From Macrostomum lignano (lineage: Eukaryota): a stretch of 64,000 nt of DNA. The stretch lies in NCBI GenBank assembly GCA_002269645.1, contig NIVC01000759.1, positions 1 through 64,000 on the forward strand, in the 5' to 3' direction. Position numbers and translations under genes: made by a program. The notes beneath the pieces are model-generated. The model was not told where the DNA came from. It saw only the letters and a program-made list of their open reading frames with translations, and searched no databases. Positions 32,276-45,049 of this stretch are shown here, in pieces. Positions within the stretch are counted from its first letter, which is position 1. Every line of letters begins with the position of its first letter.

Positions 32276-35200
32276 TCAGTCCCGGTCCGCCACCGAGCCA
32301 GCGGCCGCGGCAGCACCTCCGCCAGGCCCGGCGGCTCCCTGCGGCCCCGGGCGCTGCAGGTGCGCCATGCGCTGGCGCTGCAGGAAGGTCTGGCCGGGGC
32401 TGCCGCCGCCGCCGCCGGGCAGGTCGTACTCGCCGGCCACGCCCTGGTTGAGTTGCATGCCCAGGCTGTACCAGGCAGACACCATCAGGCGGTCCTCCAT
32501 CTCGCGGCATTTCTGCGACTTTTCCTGGGCCCGCTCCAGCTGCTCGATGACGCGGTCCTTCTCCACCAGCTGCTGTTTCAGGGCGCCGAGTTCCTCAGTC
32601 TCGTTCAAGCCGTGGCTGGTGGCGCGCGTGTCCAGCGCCCTGATCACGGATTTGGCGCGCTCCAGGTAGCGCTTGTAGCGCTCCTCGGCCCCGCGCGCCT
32701 CCTCCTCCCGCCTGGCCAGCTGCTCCGACAGCTCTTTCACTCGGGCCGCGCCCGACTTTGCCCGGTCCTCCAGCTCCAACATGCGCTGCCGCTGCCGCTG
32801 CAGCTCCGCCTCCAGCTGCCCGCGGGCCGTTAGCTGATCCGAAACCTGCCGGTGGGAGAGCGGCGCGACCGTTGGACAATCAGCCACTCAGTCACGCAAT
32901 CACCCACTCAGTCACACAATCACACTCTCAGTCACACAATCACACACTCAGTCACACAATCAGCCACTCAGTCACACAATCACAATCTCAGTCGTACAAT
33001 CACTCACTCAGTCACGCAATCAGCCACTTAGTCACACAATCACCCACTCAGTCACACAATCACCCACTCAGTCACATAGTCACCCACTCAGTCACACAAT
33101 CACCCACTCAGTCACACAATCACCCACTCAGTCACACAATCACCCACTCAGTCACACAATCACCCACTCAGGCACACAATCACCCACTCAGTCACGCAAT
33201 CACCCACTCAGTCACACAATCACCCACTCAGTCACATAATCACCCACTCAGTCACACAATTACACTCTCAGTCACACAATCACACTCTCAGTCACACAAT
33301 CACCCACTCAGTTACAATATCCTATCACACACCCCTGCAGCATTCCCGGATACGAACCTGTCTGCGCAGGTCCTGCACGACGTTGCCGCCAGCCTCGCTG
33401 CTCTCCTGGCTCTCCTTCAACCGCCGGTTGTCCCGCTCCAACCGCAGCAGTTTCTCCTTGACGCGCAACGGCAGGCCGAGGAACTCCGGCTCATCGTCCT
33501 CCAGGGCCAGCGACTTGCCGCTGGGGTCCGCCTGCAGCTTCACCTGCGGGGGTTTGGATAACGAATGTACTTTTAGCTGGATTGAGTTGTTAGGATCTAT
33601 GGACTTGGTGAGGGTGTTCGAATCTATACATGTAGATCCTGAGCTGATGTAAGCTGATGGTGGAATATATTGATCTGGATTGGCGGTGTATTAATTTATA
33701 GATCGAGTCTATAGATCTGGGAAGGCAGGTGTTGGAGTCTATAGATCGGGGAAGGCAGGTGTTGGAGTCTATAGATCTGGGAAGGCAGGTGTTGGAGTCT
33801 ATAGATCGGGGAAGGCAGGTGTTGGAGTCTATAGATCTGGGAAGGCAGGTGTTGGAGTCTATAGATCGGGGAAGGCAGGTGTTGGAGTCTATAGATCTGG
33901 GAAGGCAGGTGTTGGAGTCTATAGATCTGAGAAGGCAGGTGTTGGAGTCTATAGATCTGAGAAGGCAGGTGTTGGAGTCTATAGATCTGAGAAGGCAGGT
34001 GTTGGAGTCTATAGATCTGAGAAGGCAGGTGTTGGAGTCTATAGATCTGAGAAGGCAGGTGTTGGAGTCTATAGATCTGAGAAGGCAGGTGTTGGAGTCT
34101 ATAGATCTGAGAAGGCAGGTGTTGGAGTCTATAGATCTGAGAAGGCAGGTGTTGGGAGTCTATAGATCTGAGAAGGCAGGTGTTGGGAGTCTATAGATCT
34201 GAGAAGGCAGGTCTTAGAGTCAAGAAACTCAACGTAGATTCGCAAACCACACCGCTAACCTGCATCTCCAAGTCTTCGTTGGCCTCGCGCAGGCTGTCGC
34301 GCTCGATGCGCAGCTTCTCCAGCTCCGGCTCCAGGGTCTCCGCTCTGCTCACGTGATGCGCCAGATCCAGTGCGGCCCGCTCGGCTCGCTTCCGCTCCTC
34401 GCTGAGCTCGGCCTGGCAGGCGGCCAGCTGCTCGCGCAGCGACTCGGCCAATCGCCGGCTGTCCAGCAGGCGCTCATTCTCCTCCTCCAGCTCGAGCCGG
34501 CGGCGGAGGCTCTCCTCGCCTTGCTGTTGAAGCAGCTTCAGCTGGCTGCGCAACTCGCTGGCGTCCTCGGCCTAAGGGAGTTCCAGATTAAGTTAATAAA
34601 ATGCATATTTGTTTTATGCTCTACTAACAGTAGCTTGAACGGGCTTGCAAGTAGGAAAAGAACTCTCTCTCTCACTCTGAATTTTTTGCTGAGTAATAAA
34701 ACAGACAAGCGTTCAGCCCCCTAACCCAAATCTCTTTCATATCAAGAACCTTCTCTCTTCACCTCAGCCCCCCTCTACGCCGGAGCCAGTTGCATAAATA
34801 ATGCAGGCAGAGACGAGACATCCGACCCCGCCCCGGCCTGAGTGAGTCATCACCTTGCGCCGCATCTGCTCCAAGGCGGCCTCAGTCTTGGCTAAGGTGG
34901 CCTGGCGCTCTCTTAGCACGTCGAGCTCGTCGCGAAGCGCCGCGAGATTGCCGCTCTGCCGCAGGAGGTCCTCCTTCTCCCGCTCCAGCTGGTCGGCCCG
35001 GGCCTTGGCCTCCTGCCGCTGCGCCTCCAGGCGGCACAGCTCCTCCTGCATCAGCTCCACCTGCTCCTCCAGCGCCCGCGTCCTGTAGGCGGCGCCGCTC
35101 TCCGCTTTCTGCGCCGACTCCAGCGACTCCACTCGGCGGGTGAGGCGCTCCACCTCGGCCTGCAGGGATGTCCGCTCCTCCTGCAGGGCGGACACCTGGT

Positions 35201-38200
35201 AGTCCAGCTCGTGACAGCGCTGGGACATCTCCTCCTTGGCCTGCACGGCGCTGTAGCAGTCCTCCAGGGCCTTCTTCAGCTGCAGTTGGGGGTTGGGAAT
35301 GCCTGGTATTGGGCCTGTGCGGCTCAGGATAAGACACACCATGTGTCCACTGCGACCCCATAATACGCAGTGTGTCCACTGCGACACCCAATAAGACACA
35401 AAGTGTGTCCACAGCGACCCCAATAAGACACAAAGTGTGTCCACTGTGACCCTCCTAAGGCACAAAGTGTGTCCACTGAGACCCCACTAAGACAAAATTT
35501 GTCCACTGCGACCCTCCTAAGACACAAAGTGACCCCTGAGACTGTGTCCACTGCAACCCCATAGGACACATATTGAATTGAAATAAGCTGAGGTATCTGT
35601 ACTGCCGTTCCCGCAATCGATCCAGACAACACAAGCGGCTCACCTTTTCATCAACATCGCTCTCCGCCCTGGGCCGGTCCATGAGCTGAAAATTGGATAA
35701 ATGGAGGCCATTAGTCTCCGGACTGTCAGATATAACTGAAGATACAGCTGATAAACAAAGAGCAATGTAGCCAAGTCATCAAGCCAGCTCAGCTTATATA
35801 GATAGGCAAAAGCTGAATAGCCAGCAGGTGGAATTCGCACCTCAGGACTCAGGCAGAGATAACCATTGCTAACAATAGTTATCCATTCACTATAATCTGG
35901 CACGCTGTCTGGTCCGGGCCGGTCACGTGACGCACCAGTTAATTGTGGCGCCAGACTGGTCGGAAATTCGGGTCGTGCCAAAGATAACACGGGTGATTTA
36001 ATAAGCTATGACTACCACCGGCTTGGTTTATTCAAACAGTACAATAAAGGTCACTGTAGCCGCCTCGGGGACGCCAAGAGGCACCCGCAATAGAGCGACT
36101 TCATTTCATCCTATAACAAAGGAAAGAGTGAGTCGCCGAGGCGGCAGCGCTTAGCCAGTCTGGCACGCTGTCTGGTCCGGGTCGGTCACGTGACGCTCCC
36201 AAAAGGAGGCGGCAGACCGCCGGAAATTCGGGTCGTGCGGTCGCCACAAAAACAGATAAAACTCGCTAGGAAAAACTCGCTAAGTAAAACTCGCTACCGA
36301 AACTCGCTAACAAAACCTCGCTAAGTAAAACTCGCTAAGTAAAACTCGCTACCAAAACCTCGCTAAGTAATACTCGCTACCAAAAACCCGCTAAGTAAAA
36401 CTCGCTATCAAAAACCCGCTAACAAACTTACAGCGGCATAGCAACGGAGAATAGAGTGGTCATTAATAGTTAAAACAATGCGGACACTCATTATTAAAGC
36501 GACACGAGTTCTCTCAAGGTGGCCGCTGGTTGAGCAGCTTCAGCAGCTCCACGGAGCCCCGAGCAGCAGAGCTGGCAGTCATGAGAGCGGGACAGAGCGG
36601 AGGCCAGCAGAAACCAGCAGAGATCGGCAGATTGAAGAACAGAGTTGGGCCCACAGTGAGGCCTATTTATCAGCTCACAGCGCCGTAATGGCAAAGTCTA
36701 AAGGCTAAATACGCCGGTTGGCAGCGCAGATAAGCGCTTGACCCAGCTAGAATTTGTCAGCCGGTTTTTCGGTGCGCCACTCGCTTGGAAACTGCCGCAG
36801 CGCCCCCCCCCCCAGCCCTAATCTCTGAGCGTCCTGTGGCAGGTGAGCCAGATTCAGTAATGGAAATTTTCACTTATAAAAGAAAAAGAAGGTCACAATA
36901 AACTTTGCCGAATCAATAAGTTAGCAGAGATACTCAGTCTTTGTCACACAGCAGTTGGGACAAAGACGCAGTCAAAATTTAACTGAAAAAATAAATCTTA
37001 GATGACAATAAAATAATTAAGCTCCATGCCAGCTCAAACAGTGCATTGCGCGTGTAAAAAAAACACCAAAAACAAGATAAGCAGCGGGCCTTTGAAAAAA
37101 CCGGCTTTGCACCGCAGCTTAGAGATTGGCATGCAGTGCCTGGGCCCGCTAGCTAGGAATCTCGGCCAGTTTACTGAGCACACTGCGCACTACAGATAAA
37201 CTGGCACTGCCACAGCAACTCACATCTTTGATAGCCAGCATGATGCTCTGCTGGAACTGCTCCTCCATGCCCATGATCAGCTGAATGTACTTCTCCTTGT
37301 CCGCGCAGGACACCGCGCAGCCGAGCACCAGCTGCAGCAGGGCGCCCAGCTCGTCAGGCGAGGCGCTCTCCCCGATGCTGTTGATGTCCGGCGTCTCGAA
37401 GTCGTTGATGTGCATGTCCAAGCAGTCCGAGTAGAAGTCTCGGACAGCCTTCACAATCTTCTTCAGGTTGCTCACCTGGGAGACGGGCCGGGTGAATTTC
37501 GGAGCACTGATCTCTGCGAGCCATGAATATATAAATCTAACAATACCGCCAGGTGCTAACAGATGCTAGGAAAATTCCGATGCAGAAAATTTGTGATTAA
37601 CAAAGAAGAATGGCTTTGACTCATTAATTAGCACCTCTCAGCCAGCTGGCCAGACCGGCTCCAGGTGCTGACGACACCTTGGGGGGGGGGCATGCAGGAC
37701 GCTTGCAGCAGCAGCGTGCCCCCCCCCCCCCAATCCAATTTACTGCCCGTCAGGGGGCTGCAGGGCGGATCTGGCAGTTGAAGGCAGGCTGCTGACGGCA
37801 GCAGCTGCGCCAGCGCCGACTCGAACCCCCGACTGTCTCAAACAGGCAGCCCGCCTGTAGCTGATAAATAGCCGAACTCACTGGGATCCCCAGCCGCTCA
37901 TCAGCAAGAACTGAAGCTACCCTGCTCCATCAGCAGCAGGAGTCTCGATCTCTCCATCTCACAGAGTCTCTAACCATCCCCGCAGTTCGGTGTCCAATGC
38001 AGTCAGCAGTGGTGGCGCTCCTCCTGGCGGTAGCCGTCCTGACGGCGAGCGGCCAGCTCGGCTCTGCCAGCCCGCAGCGGCAGGCGCTGCAGCATCAGCA
38101 GCCGGATATGGATGACCTGCTGCCGCCGCTATTCGACGATCCCGAAGTACTCAGGCAGTACCTGCGCAGTCTCAATGGTCACTACGCTACACTGGCCAGG

Positions 38201-39865
38201 CCCAGGTGAGACTGCGGCCGTACCAAGACACTTTGTAGCAACAAAATCACTGAATGCCATTGCCGCATCAAATTCTCTATATTCAGATACGGCAAGCGCT
38301 CCCTCGGCAACAGCAAGGAGGAAGACATCGGATGCGACTGAGCCGAGCTCCGTTCACTGAATTCCACTCGAATCGTTTCAGACTGCTGGGAGTTTCCCAG
38401 CCTAAGATAAATGCCATGGACTGAAATAAAACTGCACTTTAAACAAAAGCCTTCATCATAGCATAATGTCTTCATTTTTCCGGATTTGCATCTCCGATAT
38501 TAGAGTGGAAAAGTCTTAGGTAAATATTGAATCTTGCAGAGCATTCACAGTCAGCTTTAAAGCTGCACGCAGTGCCCGGCTTTTGAGTCAACAATGGGCA
38601 CCTGATGCCATCTGTTGGCAGCAAGACCACAATTGTACTAACGAAGCGCCCGCCCGCATCAATACCAATTCCTAACTCAACAAAACATTCTAAAAAAGTA
38701 AGAGTTGAGAGCAGATAAATGTCAAATCCCCAAATCTTGCTACTTCCTTTGGCAATGCAAAAGTCCATCTTATGAGTGAAAAACCAAGCCTTATGAGTGA
38801 AAATACAAGCTCATGAGTGAAAATCCAAGTTTATGAGTGACAATACAAGCTTATAAGTGACAATACAAGCTTATGAGTGACAATACAAGCTTATGAGTGA
38901 CAATACAAGCTTATGAGTGACAATACAAGCTTATGAGTGACAATACAAGCTTATGAGTGACAATACAAGCTTATGAGTGACAATACAAGCTTATGAGTGA
39001 CAATACAAGCTTATGAGTGACAATACAAGCTTATGAGTGACAATACAAGCTTATGAGTGACAATACAAGCTTATGAGTGGCAATACAAGCTTATGAGTGA
39101 CAATACAAGCTTATGAGTGACAATACAAGCTTATGAGTGACAATACAAGCTTATGAGTGACAATACAAGCTTATGAGTGACAATACAAGCTTATGAGTGA
39201 CAATACAAGCTTATGAGTGAAAATTCAAGCTTACGATGAGTGAAAATGCAGGCTTATGAGTGAAAACACAAGCTTATGAGTCAAAATTCAAGCTTATGAG
39301 TAAAAATCCAAGTTTATGAGTATAAAAACCGAAGCTTATGAGTGGCAATACAAGCTTATGAATGAAAATACAAGCTTATGAGTGAAAATGCAAGCTTTAT
39401 GGGTGAAAACGCAAGTCTATGAGTGAAAATGCAAGCTTTATGAGTGAAAATGCAAGTCTATGAGTGAGAATCATAGCTTTATGAGTGAAAATTCAAGCTT
39501 TATGAGTGAAAATTCAAGCTTATGAGTAAAAAATGCAAGTTTATGAGTGAGAATTATAGCTCTATGAGTGAAAATGCAAGCTTGCAAAAGGACAACTCTC
39601 TAGTGGCAACTCACCTTCAATCGCCAATTGCTGCCAGACTCTGGTTTAATTTTTGACAGCCAGTCTTCACTGAAGCAGTCTGAAGAGCTGCAGAGGGAGT
39701 TCAGCATTGTAAATTGTCAAGACATGTGGCAAAGCTGAGACAAAGCTATAATATAGGATTCAATGCAAGCACTACTCACATGGTGTGGAGAGTCTTGGCA
39801 ATAATGACTCCATCAGACAGTTCAAGGGCTGAGCTCACTCCTGATGCACACTCAAATGTTTGCAA
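32276..39865 (-). CDS. hook: Hook microtubule-tethering protein; exons 39865-39780, 39687-39615, 37475-37224, 35685-35644, 35279-34854, 34571-34260, 33543-33358, 32845-32276 (first coding exon not located)
   Basis: LQTF...LSDGV, NWRLKVSNLKKI, LLQLVLGCAVSC (Hook domain), long coiled coil, ERYKRYLERAK..I..LD, EDRLMVSAWY, QTFLQRQR; GT-AG junctions in frame. Confidence 0.9.
32878..33315. repeat. 20-bp minisatellite in a Hook intron; other intronic arrays at 33710-34212 (30 bp), 35330-35570 (about 39 bp), 36265-36420 (14 bp)
   Basis: cactcagtcacacaatcacc; atagatctgagaaggcaggtgttggagtct; cacaaagtgtgtccactg; aaaactcgctaagt units. Confidence 0.9.
37997..38341 (+). CDS. npf: Neuropeptide Y/F precursor, join(37997..38205,38287..38341), nested antisense in a Hook intron
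   Basis: Signal peptide, P.LF..PE.LRQYL..LN..Y....RPRY-GKR, phase-2 intron inside the last Arg codon (hallmark of NPY/NPF genes), AATAAA near 38426. Confidence 0.93.
38770..39590. repeat. 20-bp minisatellite
   Basis: caagcttatgagtgacaata, a near-perfect central run that degenerates at both ends. Confidence 0.95.
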
Positions 39866-41150
39866 CTACAATTTTATTATTGCATGGTGAATTTATTACT
39901 ATTATTGTCTTATGGGTACTATTTTAATAGTATGTATGACACATCAATGTAATGAGTCAGTTGGTACTTGGCCATTTTAAATGTTACCCATGATGTAGCA
40001 TTGTCAATCACAAATGAATCACAAGTTACTCACGAGGACACAAATAATTGTCTACTTCAATAACAACAATGTGAAGGTATAGTTTTCATTTAGAAACCAA
40101 TCAAATGTGATTGATAACCCAAATCACAATTGCACCAAAAATCTATAATTGCCTTAAAAGAACACCATTAAATATAATATATTAAATGCAATTTTAATAT
40201 AGCTGTTTTTCTATTTCTTTTATTTCTTGATTTTTAACATAAACCAAATCTAAAACCAAAGTGTATTGGCCTAATTTTCTTAATAAAATATTATTATATA
40301 ATGGAAATGTCTTAGTTGTTGGTCTAAAAGGTTAGGACATTAAAACAGCATATAGATAATACATAGATAGGCCAATAGCATATTGTATATAAGTGATACA
40401 TAGATTGTCTCAAACAAATTGTTTTGGCACATACTTTGCTATTGTCTCACTTAATGACAATAAATATCTAATATATACATGGGCCAATAACACATAAATA
40501 ATATATAAATGATGCCTAGGTTATCTTTGAAAAATGATTTACTATTTGGATCTCATATTTATAACTAATATCATGATGAAATGATTAGCTATAAGACTCC
40601 TTTTCTATCTTCCCTTGTGATGGCCTTGTAATAAACCTTTGTAAACTTTTTGACTATGCAATAAATGCTTTATTCTAGAAATTTCTACAATAAATCTAAA
40701 CATACTAAATCTTTAATATATAATAAATATAATCACTCAAATTCCTACACTAACTCTTTTTAGAACATTCTTTTTTTGGAATGTTCTATCAAAAAGCTAT
40801 AAATATAAAGGTGTAAAGCACTCATTATCAAATGGTTGCAAGCTTTTGTTTTGGCCCATTATTATCTTGTTATCAAAAATATAATTAACTAAGAACTACC
40901 ACCTTCTATCTCATTTATTTAAACCATTACAACTAGTCTAATAAGACAAAATTGACATAATGACTAGGCCTTAAGGTCTTTTTCTAAGCATCTTATAAAA
41001 AGACTAGATTATCTTTATTCACTATAAAAAGATATACTATAACTATGTATCATGATATAATAAATCTATTTTATCATTCTTTCCATATATACTATTGTTA
41101 GTATTAATATATAAATGTGATATATGTTACCACACATTAGATCATATAAT

Positions 41151-41732
41151 ACATAGTCCGGATGGTGTAATGTGGTACGCCGGAAGGAAAAAGGAGGATT
41201 CCCAAGTGGTACGCCAGTGGTACGCCAAAAGAAAGACGTGGGGGTCCCTCAGTGTATAATAATAAACTTTTTGACTTTGAAAACGGTAAAAATATGGCGG
41301 ACAAACTTTAACAATTATTAAAAAATAACAGATATAATCAGCGCTCAGAAATTTATTTACCAATAATACTAGGCTAAATTATTTTATTAATATATTTATA
41401 AAATGATTAATCAAGTTATACAATGCAGGAAAAAATATATGCAATTTTTTACATAAAATACATTGTCGTGTGATATAGTTGTATCTTGTATGTCGTAATT
41501 TATGCAAAATTACAAAAAGTTTTTACTCTGGCAATGATTTTTTTGCCTGGTGGTGCCAATGGTACGCTAAAAGTGGTACGCCAATTCAACTTCAGCTTGG
41601 TGGTACGCCAAAGGTGGTATGCCAAATGCTTTTTCGAATCGGTGGTACGCCAATGGTGGTACGCCAATTTTTCGGAAAACTCATTTGGTACGCCGGAAAT
41701 CTCCGGCATACCAGTCACCTTCCGGAGTATGG
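41151..41732. mobile_element. Non-autonomous DNA transposon (MITE) with 8-bp TSD
   Basis: catataat at 41143-50 and 41733-40; terminal IR catagtccggatggtg / caccttccggagtatg; many internal GGTACGCC subterminal repeats. Confidence 0.75.
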
Positions 41733-42238
41733 CATATAATATATGCCCAAAAATTTACTTTGCATGCCAAAAGTAAGCATGCACAATTGGCATACATCAC
41801 TCCTAAGAAAATAGTGTACATATACACCTGGTATACACTTTGTAGAATTGTGCAAGAGTTATTATAAAGATGAAAAAATGAAAAAAAATCATTTTAAACA
41901 TAAATTTTAAGCTTTCTGGGTTTTTAAAGCTTGTAATGAAGCATTTAAACAATTTTTTGTATGTATCATTTTTTACTAAACAGAGTACTACCAAAAAAGC
42001 AGAAAAATTAACCAAATGATCTACTAAAAAGGATTGATTATGCAATTCAAAAAGGGTCATTTATTGTCACAATGCAAAAAGGTCATTTACTGTCACAATA
42101 CTAATATAGTTTTGAGAATGAGCATGCACTTAGTTTATTTTGGCATGCATTTGTAATTATTGGATTTTTGTTTGTGTGCACCTAGCATGATCTGGACTAT
42201 GGATATGTTATGCTATATACTATTATACATTATTATAC

Positions 42239-42274
<36 letters not shown>

Positions 42275-43202
42275 CTTCTAATATATGAAAACAAAAAATT
42301 GACCAATGACAATGGCTAGCAAAAATATACAGAGCAAAAATACTATTGCATTGATATAGGCTAATATTCAATAAAGTCAAAATTATCTTAGGCCTAGTTA
42401 TAGTTATTCACTAAACAAAACCCTTAGAAGTCTTTATACTAGGGAGGGGGCCTAAAATTGAAATCGAGGAATGTTGCTTAATACAAAATACAAATAAATA
42501 TTATAAATAATAAAAGTTATACCAATTCTTACCCATTTGAGAAGGTTTTCAAATAAGTCAGCTTTATTCATTTTCCAATTTTACACAATAAATAGGTCCT
42601 CTAATTTTTATGTTAAGATCTATTAACACAAGTAGGGATTAGACTAATAGGTGTGGCCTAGAAATATATCAAGATACCAACACCAACACAAATACAATAG
42701 TCCAAATAGTTTACTATCTATAAACAAACATTTACATTATCTTGGCAGATTCTTATAACGAACACAATAGTCAAAACACGGTCACAAGAATGCAAATATA
42801 GATTTTGTACAAAATACCACGTTTCGCTTCTGTTTAGATTTTAGTGATACTAATTAATTAACTAACTTTAACTCATTGACATTAGTGCAGCACAGTTTTT
42901 CACTCAGGAATTAACGAAATCAAATTGTTCAATAGCTAAAACAAAATTTTAACTTTGTGAAATGCATAGTAAATTAAGATAAGCCAAAAACATATTGTCT
43001 GTTTAGTTGGTATTAAATTTATATATTATTGTTTTATTGAAAAAGTACTGAAAAGACTGTAAGGTTTACACTAAAGAGCTACTAATTGGGCTAATGTAAA
43101 GTTTAGATACGGAATTTGTTTTTTAAGACTTGATAGCTCTATGAAAATTATTATAAATTAATATCGCTAAAATTATCGTTTTGTACAAATATTTTGTGAT
43201 CA

Positions 43203-44012
43203 AAATATACAGTTCGTATTTACCAAAAAGCTCTTTGAATATTGCCTGAGGCACTTAGAATGCGTCGGCTCGCGTACTTCGTTCTAAGCCAACGACTACT
43301 AATAATGTTTAGGAGTATAAACTTAGGGGTATGAAGTGCCGGCCTAGTTGTTAACACGCTGAAGACAATTACGTGTTGACCATCTCGGCCGATAGCCCAG
43401 CGGAGATGAGATGCCGGGCAGACGACCAAGCCCGCGCGCTGCCAGCGGTTCACCTACCGAACGTTGGTGCGAACGCTTGGGACGACATCTGGTGGCGCAG
43501 AGGACTCGCTTGGGTGGCCTACCAGTCGATCCGCGTCGTCCTTCAGTCCAAAGCGCTACCGATCACCAGAGGGCTCGGCTGTAGCAAAAAGCGCGGTGAT
43601 CGAAACCGTCTTGCTCTACAACGCCGAGACGTGGATGCTACGGCCATGCTTGACTTTGCGCACTCGGGACTGCGTCGGGTCCGAGGCTGTACGAGAGAGC
43701 CAACGCCCCATCTACCATCCTGCGCCGGCGGCGACTCCAACTCGCAGGCCACGTGATCCTGGCTGAGAGCTACTGCCCCTCAGCCTGTCCAGGACGTCCT
43801 GCTGCTCACTTTGCTGGGACCGTTCAGGCGGGGTCAAGCGAGGACTCGGAGATACGTAGGCTGCATCCTGAGCGACGCTGGGGCGCCCGAAACCGTCAAT
43901 TGGCCGGAGTTTCTTCGCTCGCCGGCGCTTCGGTGTGCCATCTAGACTGGTGCACCTTCTCCACTGACTTACTGGGGGACTAGCTGCGTATACGAGCGTA
44001 TTGTTGTTGTTT
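43203..44012 (+). mobile_element. RTE-type LINE, degenerate 3-prime fragment
   Basis: GLVVNT.KT, VIETVLLYNAETW, VI.AESYCP remnants; ends in a (TTG)n/T tail. Confidence 0.7.
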
Positions 44013-45049
44013 TTGTTATAAACTACGAGTATATTTTACGGATTTTTCGGGTTAGGATCGAAAACCTGAGTTTTAAACTTTTTACTTAGAATTTTTGTAA
44101 CTGTATTAACTACGCAACCTAGAAAAGACAAAAATGAAGGCAATACGCTCGTAAGCTGACCCGAGTCAATTCATTCCTGGTACGTGTCATTGGTTTGGTT
44201 TTAGTGTAAAAAAGAAATGGCCTTGCAATAAAATCTAGCAATCTAGTTGCAAAAGTTAAATGAGTATGGAATGGCAACTTTTTGCACATCAATTGCGTGT
44301 ACTTCTTGCCAATGCCCGTGCATGTTGCAACATTAGTGCATTTATTACTAGTACATTAATTGCTTTTGAGCGCGTCGTTTCAATCACTGATGCCGTGAAA
44401 TAAAAATCTGTAAAAATGATTGTTTTAATGATGACAAACTGAAAAGTAGAAAAGCGAGGAGTTCTTAACGACTGAAATTTTTAAAAATACAATGGAAATA
44501 CCGTGGAAAATTTTGTGAAGAAAAACAGCACCTGGAAGAGGTTGAAAGAGACTATGCGCTACTTAGGTACATTATATGCATTCTACTCATCCTTGGGAAG
44601 AGAGATGTTGATATTAACCCAAGGACATAGAACATTATTCGTATAGAACATTTCACAGGCAACTGATTCAAATTGGAGAAAAACAATGAGGCCGACACAA
44701 GAACGGAGCAGAAATCAGGAGAGAGTGTACCTAAAAAATACCCGAGATGACAGAAAAACAATATTTTCTCGTCAACAGGGTCCACAAAAGAAAATACACG
44801 CCTAGAAGTAGAACAGAAAATCAATTTTCACTGATTAAAGAAGCTCATTGGCGGCTGTTGGAAGCTTAAAAGCCGGAAGTGCCGACCCGATCAGACAACC
44901 TGCACAAAGGTACACAGATATTGTCCTTGACTTAATAAAACTAATGGCTTCCAATAAGTATAATTTCCTTAAAGCCAACGCATAAAAGCCTGAATTGCAG
45001 CTCGAACCGCGGGCCCACAATCATTACATATTGAATTCATGCAGCAGGA

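Noticed and set aside
20448-35088. Plus-strand ORFs antisense to P5CS and Hook exons
   Set aside because: Shadow frames caused by GC3-rich codon usage on the opposite strand
17100-39600. Tandem arrays as CRISPR loci
   Set aside because: No unique spacers and no cas genes; eukaryotic intronic minisatellites
39987-40030. Candidate Hook first exon (TCDSFVIDNATSW followed by GT)
   Set aside because: No start codon or convincing similarity; AT-rich context
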